64,000 bases of DNA from Hemiscyllium ocellatum (GCF_020745735.1 NC_083406.1:94775164-94839163), one strand, 5' to 3'. Shown: positions 24,151 through 37,218, counted from the first letter of the stretch. Numbers and translations are program-made. The notes: generated by a model from the letters alone, not told the origin.

Positions 24151-25622
24151 CCATTGGCCTCTGAAATCACTCGGGCGCCATTAACTACGCAGCTGCTGCA
24201 GCACCCGCGGCAGCAACTGCCGCCGCAAACCATGACATCACTTCCACCCCCACTGACCATGCAGCCTCCGCGATCGCCAGGAAGACCATCGCCGACAGAT
24301 TCGCAGCCTCCGCGGGGTGCATGGCTATCGGGAACAACACTATTTCTGCCGTTGCCGCAGCCACGTCTCAGACTCCTCTCTCCCCTTCCTAGACCTCTCC
24401 ATTTCTATCTCGGGCAACCGAATCAACACGGACATTTACTATAAACCGACCAACTCCCACAGCTACCTAGACTACACCTCCTCCCACCCTGCCCCCTGTA
24501 AAAATACCATCCCATATTCCCAATTCCTTCGTCTCCGCCACATCCTCTCCCAGGAGGACCAGTTCCAATACCGAACAACCCAGATGGCCTCCTTCAAAGA
24601 CTGCAATTTCCCCCCAGACGTGATTGATGATGCTCTCCACCGCATCTCCTCCACTTCCCGCTCCTCCACCTTTGAGCCCCGCCCCTCCAAACACCATCAG
24701 GACAGAACCCCACTGGTCCTCACCTACCACCCCACCAACCTCCAGATATATCGTATCATCCGTCGTCATTTCTGCCACCTCCAAATGGACCCCACCACCA
24801 GGGATATATTTCCCTCCCCACCCCTATCAGCGTTCCGAAAAGACCACTCCCTCCATGACTCCCTTGTCAGGTCCACACCCTCCACCAACCCAACCTCCAC
24901 TCCCAGCACCTTCCCCTGCAACCGCAAGAAATGCAAAGTTTGCGCCCACACCTCCCCCCTTACTTCCCTCCAAGGCCCCAAGGGATCCTTCTATATCCAC
25001 CACAAATTCACCTGCACCTCCACACACATCATTTGCTGCACCCGATGTGACCTCTTCTATATTGGGGAGACAGGCCGCCTACTTGCAGGACGTTTCAGGG
25101 AACACCTCTGGGACACCCGGACCAACCAACAACTACCCCGTGGCTCAACACTTCAACTCCCCCTCCCACTCCACCAAGGACATGCAGGTCCTTGGACTCC
25201 TCCATCGCCAGACCATGGCATCACGACGGCTGGAGGAAAACACCTCATCTTCTGCTGAGGAACCCTCCAACCACAAGGGATGAATTCAGATTTCTCCAGT
25301 TTCCTCATTTCCCCTCCCCCCACCTTGTCTCAGTCCCAACCCTTGAACTCAGCACCACCTTCCTAACCTGCAATCTTTTTCCTGATCTCTCCGCCCCCAC
25401 ACCCATTCCGGCCTATCACCCTCACCTTATCAACCTCACCTTAACCTCTTTCCACCTATCGCATTTCCAACACCCCTCCCCCAAGTCCCTCCTCCCTACC
25501 TTTTATCTTAGCCTGCTTGGCACACTTTCCTCATTCCTGAAGAAGGGCTCATGCCTGAAACGTCGATTCTCCTGCTCCTTGGATGCTGCCTGACCTGCTG
25601 CGCTTTTCCAGCAACACATTTT
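24151..25622 (+). mobile_element. Penelope-like retroelement, internally deleted (RT C-terminus, GIY-YIG endonuclease, terminal repeat)
   Basis: LPFLDL...IYYKPTNSHSYLDYTSSHP..K..IPYSQFLRLR, CNRKKCKVC, FYIGETGRLLAGRFREH; 14-bp TSD CTGCTTTGG(C/A)GATT at 24137-24150 and 25623-25636. Confidence 0.92.
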
Positions 25623-25834
25623 CTGCTTTGGAGATTGCCTATCTGTACTGTCAAAATTACAGGCCTTTCTTTTCTAAATGATTTACTTCTCTTTCAGAAA
25701 GAAACTTGGCACATACACTCAACTTTTGGATGGTTCTCTTCCAAAATTTGTAGCTACTCTGTCTCTGTGTCACATGACACCGTGCAACAGTCAAGTTCTT
25801 TTTGCTTCTACCTATGTTTTCTAAACTGAACTAA

Positions 25835-26260
25835 AAGAATCACAGAATCATATAGCACAGAAAGCGGCCCTTCAATCCAACTGTAGTCCAGTTTAGGAAA
25901 CCTGGTTGACCAGATTTGCCTGTGTTTGGCCTATATCCCTCTAAACCTTTTCTGTCCACTTATTTCTCCAAATGTATTTTAGATGTTTTAATTGTACCTG
26001 CCTCTACAAATTCCTCTATCAGCTCGATCAATATACAGACTACCATTCGTATGAAAAGGTTGTCCCTCAGGTCTCTTTAAGTTTTTTCCCTCTTACTTTA
26101 AACCTCTAGTTTTGGACACCCCTAACCCTGGGGAACAGACCTTGGCTATTCACCTTATGATTTTATAAATCTCTACAAGATTACACCATAGCCTCCAATG
26201 CTCCAAGGAAAATAGTCCCAGTCTATCCAACCCCTTTATATAGCTCAAACCTTCCAGACA
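25835..26260 (-). mobile_element. CR1 LINE 3' end
   Basis: Reverse complement of the CR1 3' end seen at 4858-5218 and 55900-56285. Confidence 0.8.
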
Positions 26261-26798
26261 TGATCTCCTGTAACAAAACTGTTCTGGTTATTCTTGATGA
26301 ATCTCTGCCTCGCCAAATGCAGATGAATTCTGTCCATTAGAATTATTTCCCATAGTTTCCCCACTACTGAAGCTAGGCTGACTGGCTGGCCAGTAGTTTC
26401 CTGAACATTCTCACCCTAACATGGTATGGTTTGAGAAGCTTTTCTGTCTCTGCAATCCCAGCATTGTTCTGGGGCGTAAGAAGCTTGAAAATTCCTTTCA
26501 AATAATGGAGAGGGCAATGAAGCGTTTGAAGCACTGCATTCCCCATTTGATGGAGGCTATAAGTGTCTGAGATGTAAAACTTCATTAGTTTCTGCAGTTA
26601 CAAAGCCATTTTTTTCCAAAATGTTCAGGTCTTTTGTTAGAATATGCATACCATTGTGCACATAACTTCATGATATGTTGGGATCTGACATTTGTTTTTA
26701 TCTTTTAATATACTATTGACCCAGTTCAATTAAAATTTACAAGTATGAAATACAAAAAGAAAACTCAGGTCTGACTGACCTTGTTAAACACTTCGAAG

Positions 26799-29700
26799 GG
26801 GGGATCCAAGATGGCGGCAACCCAGTAAGTCTGAGTCAACAGTGCTCCTCCCAAGATTTGGGCAAAGTGGGTCACCTGTCCCCACCATACTCACCAAATC
26901 ATTTAAAATAGTTTTTACTTAATGCAATTAGTTGTTTAGTATTGAATTTAAACAATTTAATCTCCGGTAAAAATGACTAAAGGGAAGGGAGCCCGCAGCT
27001 CTCAGCAAGCAGGAACCCCTCCCCCACCCTCTCCAGCTGCAGCAGAGGTGTCCGTAGCTGCCCCGGGGGACTTACCTACGGTGGCGAGCCTTGTGGAAAT
27101 AATCTCCAAACTTGTTGCGAAGATCGACGCTTTCATTGAAGAATCTTGAAGCCGATGGGACTCACTCTTGGCCATGCTGCAAAAGCACGACCGTGACATC
27201 AAGGAAATCGAGCGCGAAATCAGAGGGGCAGAGTTAAAGGCCATGACCTCCAAAACTACAGCACAATCGAGAATCGACGTCGTCGAAAAAATATTCGTTT
27301 GCTGGGCCTTCCCGAACGGGAAGAGGAAGGCCAGCTTACAGTGTTCCTAGAACAGTGGCTTCCATAGCTTTTAAATCTGGAGACTGGATCAGGCCAGGTA
27401 AAAGTGGAAAGGGCCTACGGGTTGCAATATGCGGGCCCTGCTCGAACCAGTGCCCCCGCCCGGTCCTGTTCTGGCTGCAAAGCTACAAGGAGAGGCAGAT
27501 ATGTTTTATATTTTTTAAATTTAGAAATAGTTTTTTATTATACTGTTGTGAGTATATTAGAGAGCCTTTATTTTTGTGAATTTTATATGCTCTATGCTTG
27601 GGATGTTATATATAGGGTTTCCCCTCCCGAAGGGTTTCAGATTTGCCCAGACATTTATGGTTGATCAGTCGGTTAAGTGGTGCACTTGGAATGTCAAGGG
27701 GAGTAATTCACCAGTCAAAAGGAAGAAAATATTATCAAACCTCAAGAAAGAAAGGGTTGATATAGCTCTCGTACAAGAGACACACTTATTGGAGAAAGAA
27801 CATTTGAAATTAGAGCAGTAAGGCACCTGGCTCAGATGGCTTTCAAGCTGAATTCTATAAAGAACTTACAGGAATATTGGCTGGTCCACTTATGGACATG
27901 TGTAACTATTCATACCGTCAGGGCTGTCTCCTGCCTTCACTGAAAGAGGTGAATATCTCTCTTATCCTTAAAAAAGGAAAGGACCCAGAAGATTGTGCAT
28001 CATACAGACCAATATCCTTGCTAAATGTAGATTTTAAAATCCTCTCTAAAACGTTAGCGTTGAGGCTAGAAAGGGTATTGCCACCTATTATAAAGGAGGA
28101 TCAGACGGGGTTTATTAAGGGCCGTAGATCATCCAATAATGTCAGAAGGGTTTTGAATGTGATTCAAGCCTGCCATCAGGGAAAGATACCAGGAGTAGTA
28201 GTCTCATTAGACGTGGAAAAGGCATTTAACAGGATTGAATGGTCATATTTGGTTTACACATTGGAAAGGTTTGGCATTGGAAAGGTGTTTACCAAATGGG
28301 TCTCAACATTATATAGTAATCCCAAGGCAGTTGTGATTATCAATGGATTAGGCTTGGATAGCTTCAGTGTGGAAAGGGGCTGCCATCAGGGATGTCCTCT
28401 CTCACCATTGCTATTTACGCTAATAATTGAACCACTAGCAGAAGCTATACAGGCTGACCCTAATATAACGGCCCCAAGGATTGGTATAGGTAAACATAAA
28501 ATTACCCTTTATGTAGATGATGTTCTTCTATTTCTCAGTAATCCTTTGATGTCCGTGCCTCACTTAATCCAAGTTATTAATACATTTAGTGTATTTTCAG
28601 GCTACAAAATTAATTTCTCAAAATCGGAGGCTATGCCAATGGGTGGCCTTGCTAGTATATCCCACTTATTGGATGGATCCCATTTTCCCTTTCGGTGATC
28701 CCTGGAGGGTTTCTTATATTTAGGCATTTTTATTACCCTAGTATTTGATCAGTTATACAAGGCTAACTTAGTGCATTTACTGGAAAGGCTAAGGCAGGAC
28801 CTCCAGCGATGGGCAGACCTTCCAATTTCTTGGCTAGGTAGACTAGCACTAATTAAAATGAATGTCCTGCCCTGTCTCCTAAACCCTATGAGAATGCTTC
28901 CGGTGATGCTGTCAAGGCTGGCACTACGTAAATTATATGGCTGGTTGGGTTCCTTTATCTGGAATCATAGACGGCCCCTCATTAAGCTGAAGAAGCTACA
29001 GCTTCCACAGGCAAGGGGAGGATTGGATTTCTCAGATTTTAGGAAATATCAGTTAAGTTCCCTATTAAGTTACATAGCTGATTGGGTCTTGCCTGACCCG
29101 CAATCAGTCTGGCTGGACATTGAGGCTTCTCAAGTAAAATGTCCACTTATTAACCTTTTATTTTCAGACAAGAGGAAAATCATTACAGACCACTGCAAAA
29201 ATCCTATAATAGTAAACACAATTAAAGTTTGGAATATATTGCGGCACAATGGGGGCAACTCACATAAAACATCTCCCTATGCTCCGATAGTGAGCATGGG
29301 GATTTCAACCAGGGTTTACAGATGCCACTTTTAAACTCTGGAGATCCAGGGGTATCTCATATTTAGGGGATCTGTTTGAAGAAGGGGTCCTGATGTCTTT
29401 TGAACAGCTGCATCAGAAATTTGGATTACCTCATGGAGACATCTTTCGATACTTCCAAATTCGAGATTATATACAGAAGAAGACTAGGTTATTAGATAGT
29501 CTTTATAAATCAGATGGAGAATGTAGAGTGCTATGGCCAATGGGGGTATCTTCCGTCAGTCATTTATCATTTATTACATGATGAGGTATCAGGAAATATG
29601 GACAATCTGCTTAAAACATGGGATCAGGATTTGGGACTAGAAATCTCTACAGAAACGTGGAATGACATTTGGGAAAATGCCAGAAGAATCACTATCTGCA

Positions 29701-30578
29701 ACAGAACTCAGGCCATTCAGCTGAAGATACATCATGGGGCCCATATATCACCAGATCGATTGGCAAAATTTAGGGCAGGAGCATCTCTAATGTGTCCCAA
29801 ATGTAAAATAGAGGTGGGCATTCTTGTACATTGCTTATGGACCTATCATAAGATCCGTAGATATTGGACTAAAGTAGCAGGTGCTCTGACAGAAATCTTA
29901 CGAACGGAAATTAGAGTGGACCCTGTATCTCTCCTGTTGGGCTTTTTGAACTTATCCTCCCTGGATATGCACAGGAAGAGACTATTTACTATTCTCTCTT
30001 TCTGAGCAAGGAAAAATATTTTGGTGAACTGGGTGGCTGAGGGCCCCCCTGGACTTTCAAATTGGCACAGATTAATTATGGAATGTATTCCCCTTGACCT
30101 CCTTACAAATATGGTGCACCAAAAGACCGCATTATTCCATAAAATATAGCAGCCCTTCTTGAATTATATAAATACAGATATTTCGACCATCCTAACAAGG
30201 GCTTTTATTTAATTGAGATGGTGAACCTGGCTGATCCGGGACCCCTTGGGAGTGGAATCCCGCACGAATGCGGGTTTTGTTACATTTGATGTTAATACAT
30301 TCCGAGCATGTATCTCACTACCCAATTTCTGTGTTATCTGTCGTTTTTTTTCTCTTATTTGAATAATGTAAGAGACTTAATTATACACTCTGGTTAGTTG
30401 TAGGTTAGAAAAGTAGTTAGTTGAGTTTTGTTTTTTCTTCTCTCGGTATTTTTCTTTTGTTAAATTTTGGTTATTATTTATTTAAGATTTAATTGTATAT
30501 CATTGTTTATACTTGGGTTTTTTTTATTTGGTAAACTTGTAAAAATGTGTTAAATTTTCAATAAAAATATCTATTAAA
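26799..30578 (+). mobile_element. L1-clade LINE with both ends, internally deleted; ORF1 (ATG 26973) and ORF2 (ATG 27657) are disrupted
   Basis: 5' GGGGGATCCAAGATGGCGGC; ORF1 ENRRRRKNIRLLGLPE; endonuclease WNVKG...VQETHL; RT YRPISLLNVDFKILSK, QGCPLSPLLF, YVDD; CPKC..H knuckle; AATAAA and A-tail; 13-bp TSD AAACACTT(C/T)GAAG at 26786-26798 and 30579-30591. Confidence 0.93.
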
Positions 30579-32469
30579 AAACACTTTGAAGAAGTAACAA
30601 AGACTAGACACAGGTAATGGAGTAGATATATTATACTTGGATTTTCCTAAGGCCTTTGATAGGGCATCACACAGTGAACTGAGGACAAAATCGATAAATG
30701 CAAATTGGCAGCAAGTTGTCTACAAAACAGAAAATTTAGATTTGATGTTAAAGATAGTTACTCACATTGAGAGAAAGCAGGAAGTGACATGCTACAGTGA
30801 TCTATCTTGGGACCACTGCTTTTTGTCAGTTGTATAAATTATTTAGACTTAAGAGTCACAAGTACAATTTAAAATATTGATAAAGTTGTGACAAAATGTG
30901 AAATGTAAACTCACTGAATAGCCATGTCAATGGTAAATTAATGTAAATATTCCTAAGTCTGAGGTGGTGTATCACAGCAGAAGGAATAATGAGATCATAT
31001 ATTCCCAAGAAAATAAAAGTCAAAACATAAACTGCATCAATGCAAGGCCAGTATTTAAGGTCATTCGACATTAGATTATAATAAGATTTGTTAAGAAATA
31101 TTATAAGATTGAAACTGAAGAAATAAATGGAAATAGAGAGATTCTATACAGATTTAGCAGTGTTAATAAGGATAATATTACCCAACATAATTCCTGAAGT
31201 CTTGCCATAATTTTACAATCTCCTGACCATAAATGACTATTGCTTTTATCTGAGTTGTTATTTGATTAAAATACATTACTGTAAGAATAGTTTTACCAAT
31301 GTACAGTCTCCTGATGAAATCAACTTCTGCATAAGATGCATGCAATCTATTGCTTTTGTATTTTGTGTTTTTTTTCAGTGTAATTACAGCAAGTTACTAC
31401 AATATGAGGCAGCTTATAATTCTAACAATATTTCATTGTAGTTAAGTGTGCAAGAATATATAGTAGCAAATTCTCAAATGTTCCAGTACAAATTGTATAA
31501 AAGGAGATTACTGTGCCATTTTAATAAAATAATTGAATGATACAGTACAAGGAGAGGCCAATCTGCTCACTATGCCACGGCTGGCTCGTTGAAACAATCA
31601 TCCAATTAGTCCTATTTGTCAGCCCGTTCCCTGCAGCTGCCATTTTTTCCCCTGTCCATTGTTTATTCAAAATTATTATTGAATCAGCTTCCACTACCCT
31701 TGCTACCTTGACTTCAGGGGTTATGAGAAGAGATTATACAAATTTGGCCTGCTTTCTTCAGAATTTAAAATATTATTGGGTGATGTGATTGAAGTCTTTA
31801 AAATATTAACATGAATAGATAGATAAATTATTTCTACTGGTTGGGGATTCTAGAACTAGGGGTCATAGTCTGAGAATTAGGAAATATTCCTGCACACAAA
31901 TGATTGTAGATGCTTGGAACTCTCTTCCAAACTGATACAGGATGCTGGATCAGTTTTAAATCTGAGATAGATTTTTTTTGTCAAATAAAGGAATTCAAGG
32001 ATATGGGTCAAAGGCCCATAAATGAAGGTAGGCCACAGATCACCAATCAACTCACTGAATGTTAGAACAGGTTCAGGGGACTGAACGGCCTGCTTCTGTT
32101 TCTATGTTCCTTGCAGTTTACAACACAGCATTGTATTATACACAATTCAATGGTTTAACTCATACAGGAAAGTAATGCCACATGCACTGATTTTGTTTGT
32201 GCTTGACACAATGTGAAAAATATTCCCCACTTATTTCACTCCCACAAAAGGGACAAATCCATCGTGAAGTGAATTAAATTTTCTTCCTGACTAAACCAGA
32301 AAATGACGCTTTAAATCAACATAAACACAAAGAAGCAATATTTTGAAGTACACATTTGTGCTAGACTACACTATTTTAGGAATACTATCAGATTTGTTTC
32401 TAACCTGACAATGTTTTAAGATTAAAATATATTCTGAAAAGTACAAATTTTTAAGCAATTATAAACATC

Positions 32470-32773
32470 GGGCGGCACAGTGATGAGCACTGCTGCCTCA
32501 CAGCACCAGGGTCCCAGGTTCGATTCCAGCCTTGGGCAACGGTCTCTGTGGAGTTCGCATATTCTCCCCGTGTCTGCGTGGTTTCCTCTGGGTGCTCCGG
32601 TTTTCTCCCACAGTCCAAAGATGTGCGGGTCAGGTGAATTGGCCATGCTAAATTGCCCATAGTGTTAGGTGCATTAGTCAGAGGGAAATGGGACTGGGTG
32701 GGTTACTCTCCAGGGGGTCGGTACAAACTTGTTGGGCTGAAGGGCCTGTTTCCACACTGTATGGAATCTAATC
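32470..32773 (+). mobile_element. HE1-type V-SINE
   Basis: GGGCGGCACAGTG..GGTTCGATTCC head (B-box), V-domain and tail. Confidence 0.9.
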
Positions 32774-32924
32774 GGGACTACTTGACTGATGAATTCATTT
32801 TTGTGTATGTTCCACATTATTTCTGAGTCAGAATAATTTTTAAAATTGCATAGAACAGAATAACTTTGAGTAACGTTTTTTTATTTTGAACTTTGGAATT
32901 AATATTTCTCTTTATTGTTCTTAC

Positions 32925-33272
32925 TTAGCTTGTGAAAGCTGAGAAATGAGATGGCCTTAATGAAAAGCTATATACTTCCAGATTGGTGCTAGAACTCCCT
33001 GTGTTGCCTGTGCATTTGGGACAGGAGGAACTAGAACCAACAACATTCTTAAGCTTCTGAAGTGTAATTAACAGAAATAAAACAAAAAAATCAATAAAAT
33101 CCAAAAAGGCTAGCAAGCTTAGGAAAATCGACAGTTAAACAAAGATAATAGATAAGTGGATGATAGATGATGAATCCGTGACATAATTGATGGGTGTTGG
33201 GTAGGATTCATCTATTGTTTGATTTCTAGGGTTTCCAGTGAGTGAATCAGTTGCTTTCTTGGCCGTAGCCAT
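32925..33272 (-). pseudogene. SERTM1: SERTM1 (serine-rich and transmembrane domain containing 1) homologue, disrupted
   Basis: From ATG at 33272: MATAKKATDSLTGNPRNQTIDESYPTPINYVTDSSSIIHLSIIFV*LSIFLSLLAFLDFIDFFVLFLLITLQKLKNVVGSSSSCPKCTGNTGSSSTNLEVYSFSLRPSHFSAFTS*. It matches recalled human SERTM1 (HLSNVYIYVSIFLSLLAFLLLLLIIALQRLKNIISSSSS...GSSFTNLEV) and lies at the syntenic position. TAA at 33135-33137. Confidence 0.85.
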
Positions 33273-34758
33273 TTCAAATATTTATGATTAAAGGTACAAA
33301 GTAGTTTTCGGATTTCCTGCAGAATATCTAGACGGTGGCTGTGAATTCTTTTTCCACAATTCCACTCAGTAATTAATACACTGACATTTGTAAACAGAAC
33401 CACAGAAGTCTAGTTACAGAATAAAATGACCTTTGCGCCCAGTAGCACTGAGAAAAGAAAAACCTTACATAAAGCCACATTAAACTTGGAAATTAACACA
33501 TGAAATAGTTTTGAAGTAAATTAAACACTTAAACATTCATGGAGTGCTGCTCCGAAAATATAACCAATTACTAGCTAATAGTAAAACAATAAGACAAAGG
33601 ATACATCTTTTTAATTACTTTAGCTCTTAGTAATTGTTTTATTTAAAACTGTATGTGGCTCCTGTTTTCAGGAAGATGCAGCTTACTGTGATGATGGAAC
33701 ATCACAGATATAGAAGCCTCTCTCACTGTTGGAAAGATGTGACTGAAGTAGCTTCAAAATGACACTGGAAGTGGTGGCATTCCATTGAACTGTGATTGCC
33801 AGCTCTTCTGATCCTTTGGGAACATACTGACATTTTGTAAATGACTCCAGGCTTAACTGTAGTAACCTGCGCAATGTACGAAAGCATTCCTTCCTGTGAT
33901 TATCAACATTGTCAAGGACCTTTCCAAGTTAATTAATGTGTGTTACACACTATCGCCATAAATCCTGCTCAAGAAAAATTCACGAGGCAACACAGAATGA
34001 AAATGTGAAAGATCTCTGGCACATCAAACCTAATTAGTCATGTATTTAAACAGAAATATGTTCTAAATTAAAAAAGTAAACTAGCTTGTAACAACAAAAT
34101 TAAAGTTTTAGTAAGATATCTGGTTTGCAAAACAAAGTGGAACAATGAGCAAATCTGTTCTTTTGTGTCCCTCAATATGGGATAATCTAAAAATATAAGG
34201 ACAGGAGTAAACCACTCCACCTTTTGAGGCCGCTCTGCAAATTGTTCAGCAATCAGAATGGTCTAAAACTGTGGTAGGTATGTATCTGTAATATGTATTT
34301 CAGAAAATAAACAACTTATTAAAATGGATTGATTTTATTTTGTGGGATGTTAGATTTTAAAGGTATAAACAAAGATGGAGAGAAAATGGAAATACTCCAT
34401 GTCTGGGTGAAGTCTGGTATGCTTTGTTAATCTGACTTTTTTCTTTGAACAGCACCTATTCACATTGCACCAATGACGATAGAGCCTTCATCCATCTTAG
34501 ATTTACTCTTTGAAACTTTCTTCATGAACCTCTTCTGTCTTGTTTGTTGAAAGCCACCTCAAATATTATCTTTACAATTATATGACATTTCTTTCAATTA
34601 AGATTACAATTTAACATCAGCTCTTTGAAGCAACACTAAATGTAAAAGATAAATCAACAAATAGAGATTGTAGTTATGTGGTTTTCTGCTGTGATATTTA
34701 GAAAACTGAGACCATCAGCATCTGAGAATGATAGAAGACTCATCAGACCAAAATTAAT

Positions 34759-34914
34759 GAACCTCGATTATCTGAAGGACACGGGTAGGGAAAATTTCAT
34801 TCAGATAATTGAATGTCGGATAATCGAATGATGGATAACACAGTTTAGCCAAGCATCAGACCTGGCGACCTTGTTCGGATAATCCAAAATTCAGATAATC
34901 GAAGTTCCTCTGTA
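34759..34914. mobile_element. Tc1/mariner (Tigger/pogo-like) MITE with truncated left end
   Basis: Inverted repeats GAACCTCGATTATCTGAA (34759-34776) and TTCAGATAATCGAAGTTC (34890-34907); the right end finishes CTCTG-TA. Confidence 0.7.
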
Positions 34915-37218
34915 TTTTAAATTGCAGTTTAAACATATAGCATCCAAGACACTTTGAAAACCCTCAAAAGGCTATTAACATCATTACTGCTAATAGCACT
35001 CAGCAAATCAAAATATTTTTATTAATAGACTTCACCCAGATATGGAGTATTTCCATTTTGGTCTGATGAGTCTTCTATCATTCTCAGATGCTGATGGTCT
35101 CAGTTTTCTAAATATCACAGCAGAAATTGTGCAGCAGCAAAAATATAAGTACATGTATTAAAATCATCCATTGGCATAAGTTATACGTTGGCCAGGAAAT
35201 TGCAGTTGTATTGATGGTGAAACTAAGAGCATTCTGGCACCTGCAGTTACATGTGGAAATTGAGGATTTGCTATCAATATATCTCTACTCTTCCACAGGG
35301 TGCATTGTTGATTTCCATTGTTGAGAACTTCAGTTAGAAAACATTACATTGACATAAAGCTCTGTTCCTTGTCCTTTTTTTTTAATTGCAAGAAGCCTTG
35401 TAAATCTTATGCTTTGTTGAATGATTGTGAATTAGTGCATCATTCAAAACAATTATTGCTGTAAACATCATTCCAGATTTTATATATATTTATATAAATA
35501 AATAAATAAATATAATATATATGTGTGTGTGTGTCTAGTTTTTGGTAGTACAGAATTTTAAGTATTACTGAAAAATGACACTTTGCTAAAGCTTTTAATC
35601 CTGCACTGATCAGGATAATTAACAAGAATACTAATTCAAGGAGAAAATTAATATTTATATTGCATGACAGAAAAGTGCTGATTGATTTGGCAAATGAACT
35701 CAGAGATAGAAGCATTACCTATTAATGCTAATTACCAATCTCCGAATAGATTTTACACCAGGCAGCATGTTCCAGATTAGTCAGCCCTGAAAAATGAGTC
35801 AGCAAATGGATACACATATTTTGTTGAGTTGAAAAAGGTGCATTACAATTAGTTGTGACCCTGTGTTCAATATTTGCTGAATAATCCCAAGTGTGTGAAG
35901 AATTATGTTGACAAACAATTTAAAACTGGTAGTCAGGCTCACAGTGTGGTACACCCGTATGCACTGGAACCTATATATATTTTATTAGAAGCAAAAGTAA
36001 AAATTATTGGAAAAGCTCATCCTGCAGCATCTGTGAAGAGAAATCAAAGTTAACATTTTGGGTTGTGTGATCCTTCCTCAGAACTCTGAGAAAGTTTTTC
36101 CAGCAATTTCTGTTTTTGCTTCTGATTTACAGCATCCGCAGTTCTTTTGGGTTAATATCATTTGTTATGCTATTACTAAACAGGGTGCTGATCCTTGAAG
36201 AGAGCATGTGGACCATTCAGCTCATCAAATCTACTCTGGCATCCAATGAGATCATGATTAATCTGACAATTCACAATTCCAATTTCCTGCCCTTTCTCCC
36301 TTATCCTTGATTTCCTTACTGATTAAAAAATCTGGTGCCAGAATGAGATCAATTTGAGGAAGGATATTGCTAGATACTTGTGAGCAGCTTTTTTGAGGAC
36401 ACAGTATCACAACTCTCAATATATGTGCCAATATATTTATAAATACATTGCAATGATGAGGATCTTGTTGTTCGCTTTTTTAATACAAAAACAACATGAA
36501 CATGAACAACAGCATTTTGTCCCCATCCTTCATTAATTGTTAATTTAAGCACCTCAATTGGTGATCGAGAAAGAAGGATGTTCACAAACTTTCCTGGCTA
36601 GGACTTAATTGGGGTAGAGGCAAAAAAGGCAACAGGATCCATACTCGTCACCCTCCTGCATGATTAAATGTCCCCTACTTCCAAATTAGCTTTGGGGGAG
36701 GGCATTACATCCTGTCAATGTTTCCTCATGTGGGGGAATGTAGCATATGTTTTCAGAATAAGGCTACTCTCCATTTAAAACTGAGAGGAGAAGTAATTTC
36801 TTCTCACAGCAGTCACGGATCTGTGTAATTCTCTGCCCCATGCAGTGATGAAGATTGGCTAATTGAGGATATTCAAGATTGAGTCAGGCAGATTTCTGAT
36901 CAACAAGGGAGTCAAGAGTTACGGGAGGGTAGGATACAGCAGCGAAGTGGAATTCAGGCCTTGACCAGCTTAGTCATGATCACATTAGAGGGAAAAACCA
37001 ATTTAAAATGCAAAAGTAAGGAAAGTCTGAACATGTTTTGTAGCAAACAATTATTATATTAGCACATTTTTATGATCTGCAGTGAAATGTAAATGCTTCT
37101 AGCCTACTTAAAATAGATAGAATTAGTAGTTTTCTCTTTGTTTGCATTCTACTATTGTCAAAGCTTTGGACCAATGCACATATATCAAATCAGTAAAGTA
37201 GCCTCAGCATTGCATACA

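Noticed and set aside
24624-25283. Pro-rich 219-aa ORF
   Set aside because: It is an alternative frame of the C-rich Penelope coding strand.
32470-32545. tRNA gene
   Set aside because: It is the tRNA-derived head of an HE1 SINE, continuous with the V-domain and tail.
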